DNA of 64,000 nucleotides, from the NCBI GenBank assembly GCA_037447605.1, contig CM074805.1, positions 1,273,361 to 1,337,360 of the forward strand, in the 5' to 3' direction. The notes beneath the pieces were generated by a model. That model saw only the letters and a program-made list of their open reading frames with translations, searched no databases and was not told the DNA's origin. Source of the DNA: Zygnema circumcarinatum SAG 698-1b. Lineage: Eukaryota > Plantae > Zygnematophyceae. Shown here piece by piece: positions 40,162 through 52,123 of the stretch. The stretch's first letter is position 1. Each line of letters starts with the position of its first letter. The position numbers were made by a program, and so were the translations under genes.

Positions 40162-40549
40162 CCAGGCAGAAAGTATCCAGCAAGCGCTGTGCTCTTTCAG
40201 GCGGCCCCTTTCGCAGGCAGCCCGGCGAGGCAGCGGCCGAGGCGCGCTGCGGAAGCGGGCCGCCATGGCCATGGCGGGCGGGGCGGGGGCCCGCTTCGAC
40301 CTTGGCGGCAAGCGCGCGTCCCCGCCCTTCTCCGCCGGACGGCCCGCGGTTCGAACCGATTCCGTACGGTACGGTACGATATTGAATATCTCGATACAGG
40401 TAAGCGCACAGTGCAAGTTCCAGAGGCTCTCGTGGTTTACGCTTTTAGCTCATAGCTCTTTTATGTCGTCCTTAGGTCCATTGTGAGCGGTTCCTCGTGG
40501 TTCTCCATGTTGTTTGTTTATCATTGAAGTTGGACTTGTGAAGTTTTCT

Positions 40550-40813
40550 GGAATGGAAGGCTTTAGGGTGCGTTTTTCATGGTTCGACCTTCTTCAACTG
40601 GTGGAAGCAGAGAGTTGGAAACTGAGGCGGAGAGTTTTTGAGCCTCCGAAACGAAGTTTTCCAACTGCTGAACTTCAACCGTCCGCATGTGCGAGATTGC
40701 GTCAGCAAAGGGGAACCACGTTAGCAAAAGTTGAAGAAGTTGAAGAAAGTTGGACCATGAAAACGTACCCTTATAATTGTTGTTGGCATGGCTATCGTAC
40801 TCCATATACATGA
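40550..40813 (+). CDS. Possible small gene divergent from the tetraspanin-like gene
   Basis: A GTAAG donor near 40400 and an ORF MEGFRVRFSWFDLLQLVEAESWKLRRRVFEPP... The opposite strand is also open and no family is recognised. Confidence 0.2.
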   Translation, partial: GMEGFRVRFSWFDLLQLVEAESWKLRRRVFEPPKRSFPTAELQPSACARLRQQRGTTLAKVEEVEESWTMKTYPYNCCWHGYRTPYT

Positions 40814-41390
40814 ATGAACTCGGCCTGTCTATCCCGAACAAGACATAACAAGCAGAATGCGAAAGCAAAAGGAAGTGTAGTGGGAGCTTAAAACATATCG
40901 ATTTCTTCTTCGTTAGATGAATGCCGCCGTGTGGAGCATCGAGCATAGGCATCCTCATTGTCTCGCAGAGGAATTGGATTAATAATGCTAACGGCCCTTT
41001 CCTGCGACCTGAAACAATCGCAAAGACTAAGACAGTCATTTTTTCTTTCGGCATCTCCCAACTTCGAGTAAATCAGTGACGTGGACCAAACCTCCGAGCA
41101 GTCTCCCACACGTGAAAGCTTCACCAGACTCCAAAGCAATGCAATAAACCCTAATTTGAATAAAAAAAGAGAAAGTGAGGAGATGAACATGGATGATGTA
41201 CGGAAAGAAATTTAAGCGATCATGATTCCCATTGGTTCCAATGTCAATGTCAAAAACACAGTTGTAGGTTGTAGTCGGTTGATGCCTGGTTTATTGATAA
41301 GGTAAAGCCTGATACCCGTGTGGAGTTGTTATCAACCCCATCGGAAGGCTTTGAAATTTCACTCCAAATATTTCTTGCCTTGTTGCTCTG

Positions 41391-43731
41391 TCAGGTGAGT
41401 CTAGGCATACAGTGGTACTGATCGTCTCGGAAAAAGTTGGATATGGCCTGCGCTTTTCCACTCTGCAATCCGGTTCTGTCTTGAATAACTTCGGAGCTTG
41501 CTGAGGAAATGGCGTCAATGGAGCCAAAAGCATCCAGAAGCTGGAAACACCGAGAAAACAAATGAACCTGCTTACCTATAGTCGCACAGCAAAGAGGTTC
41601 ATTAACGGGACTATTTATGGTAGCACTTTCTGGTAAGGCAGAATGAAAGGCCGGACGACAAAATGACGAATGCTTATTGAATTTGCATAATTATTCAATT
41701 CACGATTTTATTTGATAGATATGGAGTAGTGCCTGGATCTAATCCAGAACATCAACAACGTGGATTACAACCTGCTGTTTTTCAAGCCGTAAAGCATAAA
41801 GGAAAGCACGTGAAACTGTTAAAGGCGCAAAATAGACGACAAAGCAAGGACGATTGACGCACCATCTCTGCAACTTGGTAGTCGACTGACGGTATCTTCA
41901 ATAACGCAGATATTTTAGCATCTTCAGACGTTACGAGCTGCTCGCGCTGCAAGTCATACGAGAGCCATTATGACGATTTTGAAAATCAGAACTTTTGTTT
42001 TGAGCAAAAAAAAAAAAAAAACAAAAGGAAAGCAGGAAGTTAATGCATCAGGACACCCGTGTGTTCATTCGTGGGTGCAACACCCACCTGAACATCGATA
42101 AGTGCAGTGGTTCCTTGTGCCTTACACTCTATACACGAGAACAAGGAATCGAAATTAGATCACGTTCGAAGCCTTACTGTCAAAAAATATGCAGCAGAAG
42201 TTGATGTGACTATACAAGCAGCAAAAGGCATTTTGAATAGATGACGCATTCTAACACAGAGGGAAGGGGCGGGGCCGGAGGGACGTCCAAGACAGTCAAC
42301 ACAAAGGAATGGCCCTTACGAGCGTGCACATGTACCATTCGTAGCATCTTTTCATAAATCGCTGAACGCGTTGGGACAAGAATAAAGGGAGGTTTCCCAA
42401 TGTCAAGCTGCATGCTGCAGTACCAACAACAACGACATGCATTTAATGAATGTAACTTGCAGAGGCACGATCTACGTGAACCACGCTCAAACAAGAGTGG
42501 CTAGCTTCACGATTGGTTGCTGGTGTTATCTTTATCTTCCCAGACCGCCTCTCTTGACGTCCAGTTTATAGCTAATCCTAAGGCAACATCAATGGCAATG
42601 GAGAACCTGAAGTAATGATAGATGAACTCTGTGTTGCTCGATAGCAGCAGCAGAACATAGGAGTGCCGAAATCTGGCGGCCATCCTTTGCGCCCTGGTTC
42701 CCACATCTCGCTGTCAGTTGGTCAGGCTCAAATTGGAGTTGCGGCAGGCAGTAAACAGAAAAGGCATCGGGTGGCCAAACGGCGCGTATGACTTAGGTCC
42801 TGGGCGATTCTAAAGTTGGTTTTAAGAACTTCTGGGCAACAATCATCCAGGAAGTGCTCAAGCTCTCTCAATCACCGCACAAACTGCTCGTTACGAATAA
42901 CTAAATTGCAACTCAAAACCAATCAACCGGGTGGTTTCACCTTTCTGCAATGATGTCTGACGTTTCATCCGCAAATCCTTCAATGACAAGGAAGGCGATT
43001 GAGATACCTCCAACATTAAATATCACATCCTGCAGATAGCAGGTACTTTCCAATGAAGTATTAGCCCAGACGATCGCAGCTAATCAAGCCATTTTCCTAT
43101 GTTTATATTTTTAAATCGCATTTACGATTCCGCTACGTAATACTGCGATGCCAATCACTTGCGAAACTCAACATATAAAACACATTTAGGTCATTGTGGA
43201 CCATATGGACAGTGGCGGACCTACATATAGGAGTCTCGGGGCTTAGCCCCCCCTGAGATTTTGAAAATTCAACTTTTTTTAATTTTATCTTGTGTATTTT
43301 ATGCTGAAAGTGGGCTTAGCCTCCCCTGAGAAAAAAAATCCTGGATTCGCCACTGCATATGGACCAATGATATACCGAGCATAATTTTTCGACCTACCGG
43401 GAAAATTTTCGAACTCTTCAACTTAAAATCTGTTCCTCTCAAAGCCTCCGTGATTGCTGCTTTGTGCACAGAGAACCATTGTTCATTTACTATACAAGCT
43501 CCCCCCATGGTCTTCAAAAAACTAAGAACAGCTACAAACTGCTCAGTCCTGCACCACCAAGTCCAGACATCCCTGTCGCTCCAAGCAGCGCCATTGCAGG
43601 GAACACGGCCGGCGGCTGCAAGGCAGGAAGGCAGGCAGGCAGGCAGGCAGATAGGTCGTATACACATCTGTCACAATATATCGCGATATATACATGGCCA
43701 TCAGCACCAGTAAGCGCATGACACCTGGCAT
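41391..43731 (-). CDS. PTD: PARTING DANCERS (ERCC1-like/SPO16-like meiotic crossover protein), 8 exons, about 244 aa
   Basis: Exons 43694-43731 (start uncertain), 43398-43548, 42941-43029, 42607-42693, 42320-42414, 42088-42128, 41863-41946, 41391-41540, phase-consistent. GGACIVNEQW, PDVIFNVGGISIAF, LDIGKPPF and the C-terminal HhH region LLDAFGSIDAISSASSE...KAQAISNFFRD match Arabidopsis PTD as I recall it. Confidence 0.9.
43210..43355. mobile_element. 146-bp hAT-type MITE in a PTD intron
   Basis: TIRs CAGTGGCGGACC and GGATTCGCCACTG, flanked by a perfect 8-bp TSD CATATGGA at 43202-43209 and 43356-43363. Confidence 0.92.
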
Positions 43732-43859
43732 GTACTGTCACGTGGCGGCGTTTGGTTGGCTTTCCCTGTTCGGGCTGGGTCGGGCCTTGGGGCGGGCCGG
43801 CGCTGCTTGCTGCTGCTTTGGCTGCGAGCGAACGAAGTCAATGGCAAAACTGAAAGGGC

Positions 43860-44245
43860 GGACCATGGGATCGGCAACCATTGGACAACCATTGGATGGC
43901 AATGGTTGGACGTCAACCATTGGCGTCCACTGGTTCCGAGCCATTCAAATGGTTGTTTCAATCTGGCGCCAATGGCTGGCAGCCAGTCGACTGGTTGCCA
44001 AGCATCAGACGTCCAACCATTGCTATCCAGTGGTTTTTCAATGGTTGGAAGTCTGATTATTTGCAACCAGTCGAATGGTTGGGAGGCATTGGCATCCACT
44101 GGTTCCAAACCAGTCGACTGATTGCCAACCATTGGCATCCACTGGTTCCAAACCAGTCGACTGATTGCCAACCATTGGCATCCACTGGTTCGGAACCATT
44201 CGAATGGTTGTTGCGATCCGGCGCCAATGATTGGCAACCAGTCGA
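43860..44245. repeat. CAACCATTGG / TCGA-centred palindrome array upstream of PTD, including a 43-bp tandem repeat
   Basis: 43-bp unit at 44087-44129 and 44130-44172 plus a partial third copy. Perfect palindromes CCAGTCGACTGG (43983-43994) and AACCATTCGAATGGTT (44194-44209). Confidence 0.9.
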
Positions 44246-45004
44246 ATTGTTGGTCTAATAGTCCGAACTGTGAAGGAGTTTCAAGTCTTAAAAGAAGTTT
44301 CAACATGGCAACGCCCTTCACCGCTGAAAGAGTAAAAGGGGTGAAACAGGACGACCAAATTACATAAAACCGCTAGACATTTTAGGGTTTTCTGGGGCCT
44401 GTTTGAGGACTTTTAGTGGTTAGTTTAAGGTTTTTATGGAGTCAAAGCTTTTTGCTGATACCTTGCAAATGCTGGCTGCAATCCTTCGAATGAAACATGA
44501 AGTTTAAAAAACGAGCCTGTCGACCGAATCTAGGAACCAAAGTCTGTGTAAAACCACCCACCATGTGACGCTTGAAAACGAAGAACTCAAGCAGCCTGAG
44601 GGATGCCCTCTACACATATTCAGTCGAACCATCGCCAGATGTTTATGTAACAATTTCTCCCAGTTTGAAAGACACACAAAGCCTAGCCTACGCATTGCCC
44701 CTTGATGGCATCAAAGGTTTGAAGCGTTTGGCAATAACCCCTGCCAGTCCAATGTCCATGGCTTTGCACATTGACAAATTCGCAATTGCCCTCAATGAAT
44801 CAAAGAAGTAAAAAAAGAATGAATCTAAAGGATCCAGCCCTGACCTCACTGGGGACTGGGGACCATCAGGCCTTCATAAGCCCCTCTCCTACTGATATCC
44901 TCTCGCCCTCCAGTTGTCCAGCGAGTGAACCTTGTTTTAGCTTCCTTCGAGTCCCGAAATTATAAGCAACCATCAAAATCCTTCGCATAACCCAAAATGC
45001 AGAG

Positions 45005-48000
45005 TTACTCAACGTTGAACACATAGGATTGATCAAAAAACCCTCGTCTGCATCACAGGATCACAAGATACAACATATGCATCAGGTCAATATCGCAATA
45101 TTGGGGCACAACAATTCTACTAGTGGTTCCCAATGTTCGAGCACAAGGTCCAACCCAGCCAAACACGTATGGCATTATCTCAGGTAGATGGACTGCTAAG
45201 TCGAGTTGTTGGTGATAAGGGGAGGCACACTTTACACAAGCAATACAAAGGCGTAACAAGATAAACCATACTCTTTGTCAATTGCGAAGTCAATTGGCTC
45301 CTGATTGAGTCACACGTACTGCGAGAGCTGACAATTGTTAAACTTCTACTGAGGGAGAAGTTGCCTCACCCGTCCTTCCCTGAATAGATGGGGCTGAAGT
45401 TGTAAATAAGAAAATCATCAAGCTCCTCATTCGATGCCGGTGCATGAGTAGACTTCCGCGCCTCACTGCTCACATGAAGCCCAAGATACGATTGCATTCA
45501 TGAGCATTGAGCAAACGAAGGCGTTATTTGCCATTCAAAGTCGGGACTTTGTCCGACTGCGAAGACGCCCACTCTTGGAAGTACTCCTATATAGATATGG
45601 AGCCTGTATTCGCGAATAGGGGATACGTGCACTCACTTCACGAAATGGTTTGCTGAAGCTTGAGTCACGGCAACTGCATCTGCAGTATGGGGTATGCCGG
45701 AAAGTCCCCATTCGAATGCATTTTTCTGAACAAGAAAACAGAAAGGAAAAATAAGGATTTAGATTGAATGCGTCTCAATGTCTCATTGCATGAGGCTGCT
45801 TCAAGTCCATACGTCACCATGCTTAAGGATAACCAGCTTCATGACTGCTGCAGAAGCGCCAATTCTGCGACCTAGCAATAAGGAAATGTCCTTCCATTGT
45901 TTTAGACATGCCCTCAAACATTTAATGAGAACCCTGGATTACAAAGCTTGCAACCTCAGCTTATTAGGTGAAGGCCTGATATGAAGAATCAACATTTTGT
46001 ATGTACCTCAGGATGCCATTGTACGGCAAAGACGGGGTACTGCTTTCCTTCGATTGTTGACACATAAATCTGAGTTCCAGCCACTCTCCAAATCAGAGTA
46101 AAGCCAAAAAACTGAAACTTCAGCAACAAAGGCACACGTGATAAAGAAAACATTTAAGAACTTTTTTCTGAGGAAGCACCCCGCAAGTCATCAATTCAGC
46201 CAAAAATTAGCTAGTTGTAAACGAGAATAGAAGATTGATGCCATGGTTAACCGTATTCTTCATCAAGTGACTCTTAGAAACCAAATTTAATTATTGTTGA
46301 AACCATACAAAAATCCTTCAGCTTCTTCAACACAATCTACATTACCTTGCCCTTCTTATCAGGGGTGGTTGTGAGAATGTGGAAAAAGTCGCGAAGGAGA
46401 TCGTTTGACAAGAACCGCTCCACTGTTGTGCCATCCTGCCATCCATCTCCTAACCAGTGAACATCGACCAACGGCTAGAAAGCAAAATCCGAAAGCACTT
46501 CAGATCTGAAGAATCAACCTTTTCCGTTCCGTAATATTGTGGCAAAAAAATTGTGTATATGTCCTGCAGAGAAGGTTAACTTTAAAAAGCCACAGCGAGC
46601 ATACAATAGAGCAAACGCTATGGTGCTATACCTCATGGTTCTCAATAGTGATTGGCTCTGTTTCAACTTTCTTCAACAGTTCAGGAGACATCCTGCGATC
46701 ACCCCCATTGTCGAATATTAAGCGAATTCGAGAGTCCATTCCTGAAGTAGCAGCGCAAGAAGATGTGGCGCTTGTGGCCCCTTGAACCACCTTATATTTA
46801 GTCATCTGAATGCTTTCAGACTAAATGCTTTCAGAGCGCACCAAACAAAAGCGATACTTTTCGAGGGAGGGAGACAAACCAGGCAAACATGGAGCGGGTT
46901 TTTGCCCATTCACCCACGAAATTGAGCACTGCTGGATTGTTCTGAGCATCAAATGCACGAAGCTCTAATATGTCCATATCCTGCCATGCAAATCACAACA
47001 TGTCGACCTCAAACATTAGCTGCCAAAGCTGCACAACAATCAACGAAAATGAACGTCACGACTTCTCACTGGCATTAACGCTCCACGTGAGAAATCGAAG
47101 AGACGAACATACAAAACAAAGACATATGGACTACCTTTTAAAAGCGCCAAAGCACTGAACACATACCCCGAGCTGAACATGATACTCGACTGTAATTCAG
47201 AGAATGCTGTTGTCTGTCAAAGCGAAGGCCAGTGGAAAAGCCTTTGTACCTGGCTAACGAGAGCGCTTAAAAGCTCCATTCCCAAACATGTACCCTGAAC
47301 TGGGAAATAGTCGCCACGGTCATTTGCCTCCATAGCCATCTGCATACGAAAACCCACACATCCATTTCACATTTGCTGTCGACCAACAGAGTTTTTTTAG
47401 ACTAACAAAGAGTTGGGTTCTATGATTGTGACAATCTTCTATTACAACAAAAAACTGCATAGACTTTGGCAATCGAGTGGACACTGGTCTAATCTAGCAA
47501 CGAACAGAGACGGAAAGGTATTGTTTCTTGTATATGATAAACAATACAATTTCGACCAAATTGAATCAAGACACAAGGAACGGCCATGCTCAAGGGGCAA
47601 TGAACCATGGTTTGGCCTTCATGCGTCGTTGGACGTTGAGAGTTACCTTCCATAACTTCAGTGCAGTTTGGAAAAAAGGACCATCCGCCACATCTGTACC
47701 ACCGCCTGGGAACAATAGACCATTTATGGCTTTAAATTTCTGCAAACCAGCCATGTCCCTCCTCGTCTGCTTCTTATGCTTTCTCTTTCATTGAGCTATT
47801 CAATGAGAAATTTACTTAAAACTTGCACACATGTGACTCTACAAAAGAACCTAACGGGTCTCAAGTTTGAAAGTCTGCTAATATATAGTCTATAATAGAC
47901 CTCCAATGTTAATGTACAGTCAGGTTGTATGACTCGACTCATGAGTTGTTCGTTTCTATTTAGATGCTCTCATTCAAGGGGATGCTTCATGTTTAAAGGT

Positions 48001-48539
48001 AAATAATTGCCTTCTCTTCGTACTAGGATGAAAAAAAGTTTTGAAAATAGTCAGATTGCCGTTAAGTTTATTACAAAGGACTGCGACAGGACAGTGATGA
48101 GGTAGCAGTTCTCCGTCGGCGAGAATGCCAGGGCAGATTGATTGGTATCTCTGACCTTAATTAAAATATCCTCAGGCTCATTATAAAGTATAGGTATAGC
48201 TCTTGCGCCACCCATCTCCACCCATTTCACATATGATGCAGCAATGTAAGAATAATTCCCGTAATTTTTGTTCTTCTTTGAACTCGACACTGCGCCGCGT
48301 GAGCTATTGATGGTCTCGCCACCATCTCCATCTCCCGGCTGTGACAGAATTCCTATCAGGGGCTGAAAATTTCTTGCGACAACTTTCGATTGAAAAAGGT
48401 CCGACGGCTCTTGTACCGCCTCCCTCCCTTTCTCTGAAGGCAGAACCAGAATCCTCGCTCCAGTGCCTCCACGGAGTGATGCAACCATCAGAAAAGCAGA
48501 GAGAGCAAGAGCAGAGGCGCCGCCCCAGAGGCCCGCCAT
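45005..48539 (-). CDS. GGH: Gamma-glutamyl hydrolase (peptidase C26), 10 exons
   Basis: Exons 48156-48539, 47647-47739, 47250-47339, 46880-46980, 46632-46692, 46346-46435, 46007-46069, 45637-45725, 45370-45465, 45005-45047. Signal peptide, then PLIGILSQP, YIAASYVKWVEMGGARAIP, INGLLFPGGG, GTCLG (catalytic Cys), QWHPEKNAFEW (catalytic His), EARKS. Confidence 0.96.
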
Positions 48540-48969
48540 GGCTTCAAGCTTCCAAGCCCTCCTCCTGCCCCTCCCTCCCCTGCCAAAGTAAGCCCTGAGC
48601 AAGGCCGTCCCTGGAGCGCCACGTGGCTTGCTTGCGGGTCGCGCTCATCCGACTGACAGGATTGTGTACGGAGCCACGACACCTACACGTGGCCCAGTTA
48701 TAGTTCGCCACGTGTCAGAAAATCCTACAAGGACGAGCCGTAGGCGGCGGGCTGGGGGTACAGTACGGCAGCGGGTTCCCCGGGCGGGCACGCTTGTCGC
48801 TTCCTGCCGAGAACACCCCGGCCGTACAAGGCGCGTTTGTCGGATTTCGCGGCGCGGAGGTCCCGCGCCACGTGGGCGCCGCCACCCGTGGCAATGATGC
48901 CTTTCGTACCTCTGTTACGGACGTCCGTACGGCACCTGCGGTGCTGCACGGGGCGGACCAGGGATGGAT

Positions 48970-49105
48970 GGGGTCGGCAACCATTGGCGGATGGCGATGG
49001 TTGAGCGGCCAATGGTTGCTACTCTGCGAACCAGTGGAGTGGTTGGCAACCATGAAATCCAATGGTTCCAACCATTGTATTTGAGGTTGTCAATGGTTGG
49101 CAAAC
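48970..49105. repeat. CAACCATTGG motif cluster upstream of GGH
   Basis: ggcaaccattggc, ccaatggttg and caaccattg, the same family as 43860-44245. Confidence 0.75.
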
Positions 49106-50052
49106 CACCAATGCGCATCCGGCCAGATTCTGAACCCGTCTCCCGACATGAACGAGTCACACCGGTGACTGTAGACTTCCTTCATTCGAATGTTCGTAAA
49201 AACTTCTTTGAACAATGTGTGCGACACGTTTCTAACCCAAGCTGATGCTCGTCGCAAAAGATGACTTTGCCGCGGCACTATGGGACAGGTGTCGCGAGGT
49301 GAGACTGTTCTCCTAACGCATATGAGCGCAAACGATACGAAAGCGAGGAATCGCGGCTGCTTCTAGAGCAGGGTTGTTAGGCCTGGCAGCAGAGTTTCGC
49401 TTATAGCTTTTTTTGTACGTAATGTTTCTCTTCTAGTCATTTTTGACCGGTTCATGGTCCTGCACCTAGTCTTTGTCCATATGCATTTCATGGCCTCGCC
49501 TTCATGTTATCTACGAAATAAGGTCGTAGGCTTACGCGAGCGAAAATGCAAAGCAAAGCCCGCCCGCCCGGCCGGCCGCCCGCAAGTGCCGTGGCGGCCC
49601 TCCCTCTCGCCCTCCCGCTGTCTGTGACGTGACGCCGCAGGCACGGTAGCCCCGCACTCACTGCGGCACGTGGCCGACCGCTCTGTGGGATTTTAAACAC
49701 TCGCGCGAACCGACGAATCGCGTGCCGGCACCTGGCGCCGCGCCGCGCAGAGAGGGCGCCAGTGCCGCTGGCGTGGGCCGCAGTGGCGGGCGGGCAGCGG
49801 CCAAATCCAATCCGATCCAATCCAATCAGGGGGGCGCGCTTGGTCGGTCGCCTGTCGGTGATTGGTGGGGCGGCCGGGGAGGGCGACAGGCACAGCACTC
49901 GCTTGCCCACTCGCCGGATTTGTAGGGGAGGCAGAAGGCTGGCAAGTGGGGATGGCTTCTACCGGGAATAAATTTTTTCGTTTTCGTTTTTTTTTTCTAA
50001 AAAAATCGCAATGCCAATTCTGCCCCTTTCAAACCGTTGAAATTGGGGCATC

Positions 50053-50084
50053 GATTGGCATCGCCATAGTGAGATCAATGCCAC
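50053..50084 (-). repeat. Dispersed hairpin element, partial copy C
   Basis: gattggcatcgccatagtgagatcaatgccac. Confidence 0.75.
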
Positions 50085-50362
50085 ATCAACTATTCTTAAA
50101 TAAAAAAACAAAAAAAAAAAAACATTACAACACTTTTTGAACGGTACGGACGGTAGAAGTGGCGAGAAGGACCGCCAACCATTGGCCAGAGTCGAGCCGC
50201 CCGAGCTCTCCAGATCCGCGATGTACATTACGGGACGTGTTGTGACGTCATTCCCACGTGGTTTTTTCTTTTGTGAGTTTTTAACTTTCTAAAATCTTTA
50301 AAGAACGATTGACACAGTTTTCCGTTCCTAGCTTTTTTTGTTTGTCCTTGGGTCCTTTGCTA

Positions 50363-50441
50363 CCAGTTCCTCGTGGTTCCCCATGCTGATTTTGTCCATG
50401 TACATTTGATGGCATCAACGCCATCGTGAGATCCATGCCAC
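50363..50441 (-). repeat. Dispersed hairpin element, copy D
   Basis: Near-identical to the reverse complement of 5663-5741. Confidence 0.88.
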
Positions 50442-52123
50442 TTCGAGGGGGAACGAGGCCACTTCCCTTTCCTTATTGCCACAAGTTACAAGTTAATTCC
50501 GTACGGTATGGAAGCCGACGAGGGCCCTTACATTACGGCCCGCCCGCCCGGCCTGGGCCGCCCATCCCATCCCATCCCATCCCATCCCATCCATCCATCC
50601 CTTCTGGCTAGCCAGGGCCTGCCTTCACTACCAAAGCGAGCAAAAGCGCCGCGGGCCGCCTATCCTATTGCGAACTATTTACAGATTGAACTGTCAACCA
50701 ATGGCGACGCGACACGTGTTTGACTTGTCCCCGTGGAGCGTTTCCATTGGCTGTTGGTCGAGAAGGAGGCCTTGTCCCCCCCCGGTCCCCCAACGGTCCT
50801 GCCCAATCACGTCCCCCGCCGCGCGCCGGTCCGCCCGCGAATCGCGGCCGCCCCGCGACGGCCTGCGCCGCCGCCGCCGCCGCCCGCCCGCCCGCCCCTG
50901 CGACCGTACGCCCTGCGCCTCCACTCCAGTGTACGAATGACGCCACGTGGCGATATGTGACCGGTGGGGGACGACCGTAGACAGGACGGGGAGCAGAGAG
51001 CCGTTCGGGTCTGTCAGAGCGCGCAGGGCCTTCAAATCCTGCGCCTGCGCAAGCTAGATTCCTGAACGCACCCACTGCAGCTCCAGCTCCAGCTCCTGCT
51101 CCTGCTCCAGTTCCTGCTTCAGCCTCTGCTGCCTTGCTTGCTTACTCGTCTCCTGCTGGCTGAAACAAGTACAGGTAAGGAAGGCATAGACGCCCCGGGT
51201 GGGTATTGATGGGCGGGGTGAGGCTGGAGGGAATGGCGTTGCTGATGGTGGCTGTTGTGTGAATGTTGTTGCGGTTGAGTTCAGCAAGGGGTGTTGAAAG
51301 TTAAGGACTGCAAAAGGTTGGATACTGATGGCGAGAAATGGATCTGGACAAAGCTTTTCGTTTGCTAACGATCTTCGTTTTTGGAACCGACAGTCGGCTC
51401 ATGTAGGAGCTGGATTGCGTGACTGGAAAAAGTGACTTTTCCTGAAAAAAGGTGTTTTGGAAAATCTGGCATGTTGCCTCACCATCATGTTCCTCGCTGA
51501 ATTGAGTCGCTTGATCTAGTACAGCAACCGCCGTAATTCGTTTCCTGCCTGAGATGATGGCTAAATGTCAATACGGTAGTTGTTTCGGTGGAACTTCAAT
51601 CGAAGTGTCTGAACTCTGAGTACAGTTTGATGAATAAACAATGCCACCGTGGTTCAGATTTGTTTGTAAGATAAGTTGATGATAAGTGTAGTCTGTGCGG
51701 ACAAGCTTTTGTATGCCTACTCTGCGCTTGTAATTTTACGTGGCTGTCCTTTCGTCAAAGTTCTACGTGTTATCAGGATTACGAGTGGGGAAGTGTTTCG
51801 TCGGGAGACGATGTCGCCCTGCCTTTGATGCTGCTTTTTATCCCATTGATGTTCTATGGTGTTCGATACTTTGTTAGAGCTCTTAAGTACATGATTAATC
51901 TATCTATGGCTATCTAAGTCGTGTTCCCGCTCGGACGGCATGCTGTCTTTGCTGAATGCTTTCAGTCAGATGCCAGGGGTATATGAAATAAAAATTTCTA
52001 TTTGAACGTGAGCAGTTTCAACAGTTAATCTGCAGGTTCTGAAAGCAAATAAAAGGAGAGCCTTCATGGGAGTATTCTTGCTGCTTACACAACTTTTGTA
52101 ATTGAAACGTTCTTTTTGCAGAA

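Noticed and set aside
41291-41533. ORF with an AAA-lid-like LDSPDRATRQEIF motif
   Set aside because: It is the wrong frame of the last PTD exon and its 3'UTR. The in-phase frame gives the PTD HhH region.
42941-43029. BTB-like DVIFNVGG motif
   Set aside because: In context it matches the PTD PDLIFNCGGVSIAF segment.
43701-44367. 206-aa and other ORFs rich in W/Q/P
   Set aside because: They are translations of the CAACCATTGG palindrome array.
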